Source: Callorhinchus milii
Lineage: Eukaryota
Length of the DNA stretch: 64,000 nt
Direction: 5' to 3'
Assembly (NCBI RefSeq): GCF_018977255.1
Contig: NW_024704742.1
Location: forward strand, 62,498,001-62,562,000
Shown: piece after piece, positions 63,870 through 64,000 of the stretch
Numbering within the stretch: the first letter of the stretch is position 1
Layout of the letters: the number at the start of each line of letters is the position of its first letter
Translations under genes and position numbers: made by a program
The notes under the pieces: model-generated
Told to the model about the DNA's origin: nothing
What the model saw: only the letters and a program-made list of their open reading frames with translations
The model's database searches: none

Positions 63870-64000
63870 CAATCCTGCTGAATGTGGTTGAGTTGCGGTT
63901 GGCTCTTAAATTCCACTTAGTTCTTAAGGCTGTGGGACTACCTGTTTTTAAATTTAAGATTGCGTCATGCTGTGGAAAATTCTACGCAGAAATCTTAATT
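63870..64000. repeat. Palindromic MITE-like repeat copy, runs off the window edge
   Basis: ggctgtgggactacc...aaatttaagattgcg...tgtggaaaattct resembles 2192-2260. Confidence 0.55.

Noticed and set aside
1..64000. CRISPR array, operon, rRNA or prokaryotic-type system
   Set aside because: Repeats are dispersed vertebrate retroposons, not regularly spaced repeat-spacer units; no gene-dense coding sequence.

Overview
AT-rich, repeat-dense vertebrate non-coding DNA (large intron or intergenic region). The repeat content points to a cartilaginous fish (shark or chimaera); this is an inference. I recognise no host protein-coding gene, and the only protein-like ORFs are decayed reverse-transcriptase fragments of CR1 and L2 LINEs. 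Two tRNA-derived SINE types dominate and share an L2-type 3' tail. 'Type B' is DeuSINE/SacSINE1-like. 'Type A' is younger, with a tRNA-Ala-like head, a CORE-like block and the type-B 3' half. LF-SINE-like and AmnSINE2-like relics also occur. Best-supported unusual items: (1) a 686-bp compound non-autonomous Helitron (TC...CTAG) inserted between A and T of a SINE whose empty site can be rebuilt exactly; (2) a ~200-bp templated insertion copied from 1.7 kb downstream and bracketed by a 28-bp duplication; (3) two unclassified inverted-repeat families with several copies each; (4) repeated retroposon insertion at one position of the type-B SINE head. Repeat-free islands look like conserved enhancers, but that cannot be shown from one sequence. 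Family names come from my recollection of consensus sequences, not from a database search. Repeat boundaries are approximate (about +/-20 bp) unless stated as exact. I found no convincing new multi-gene system.
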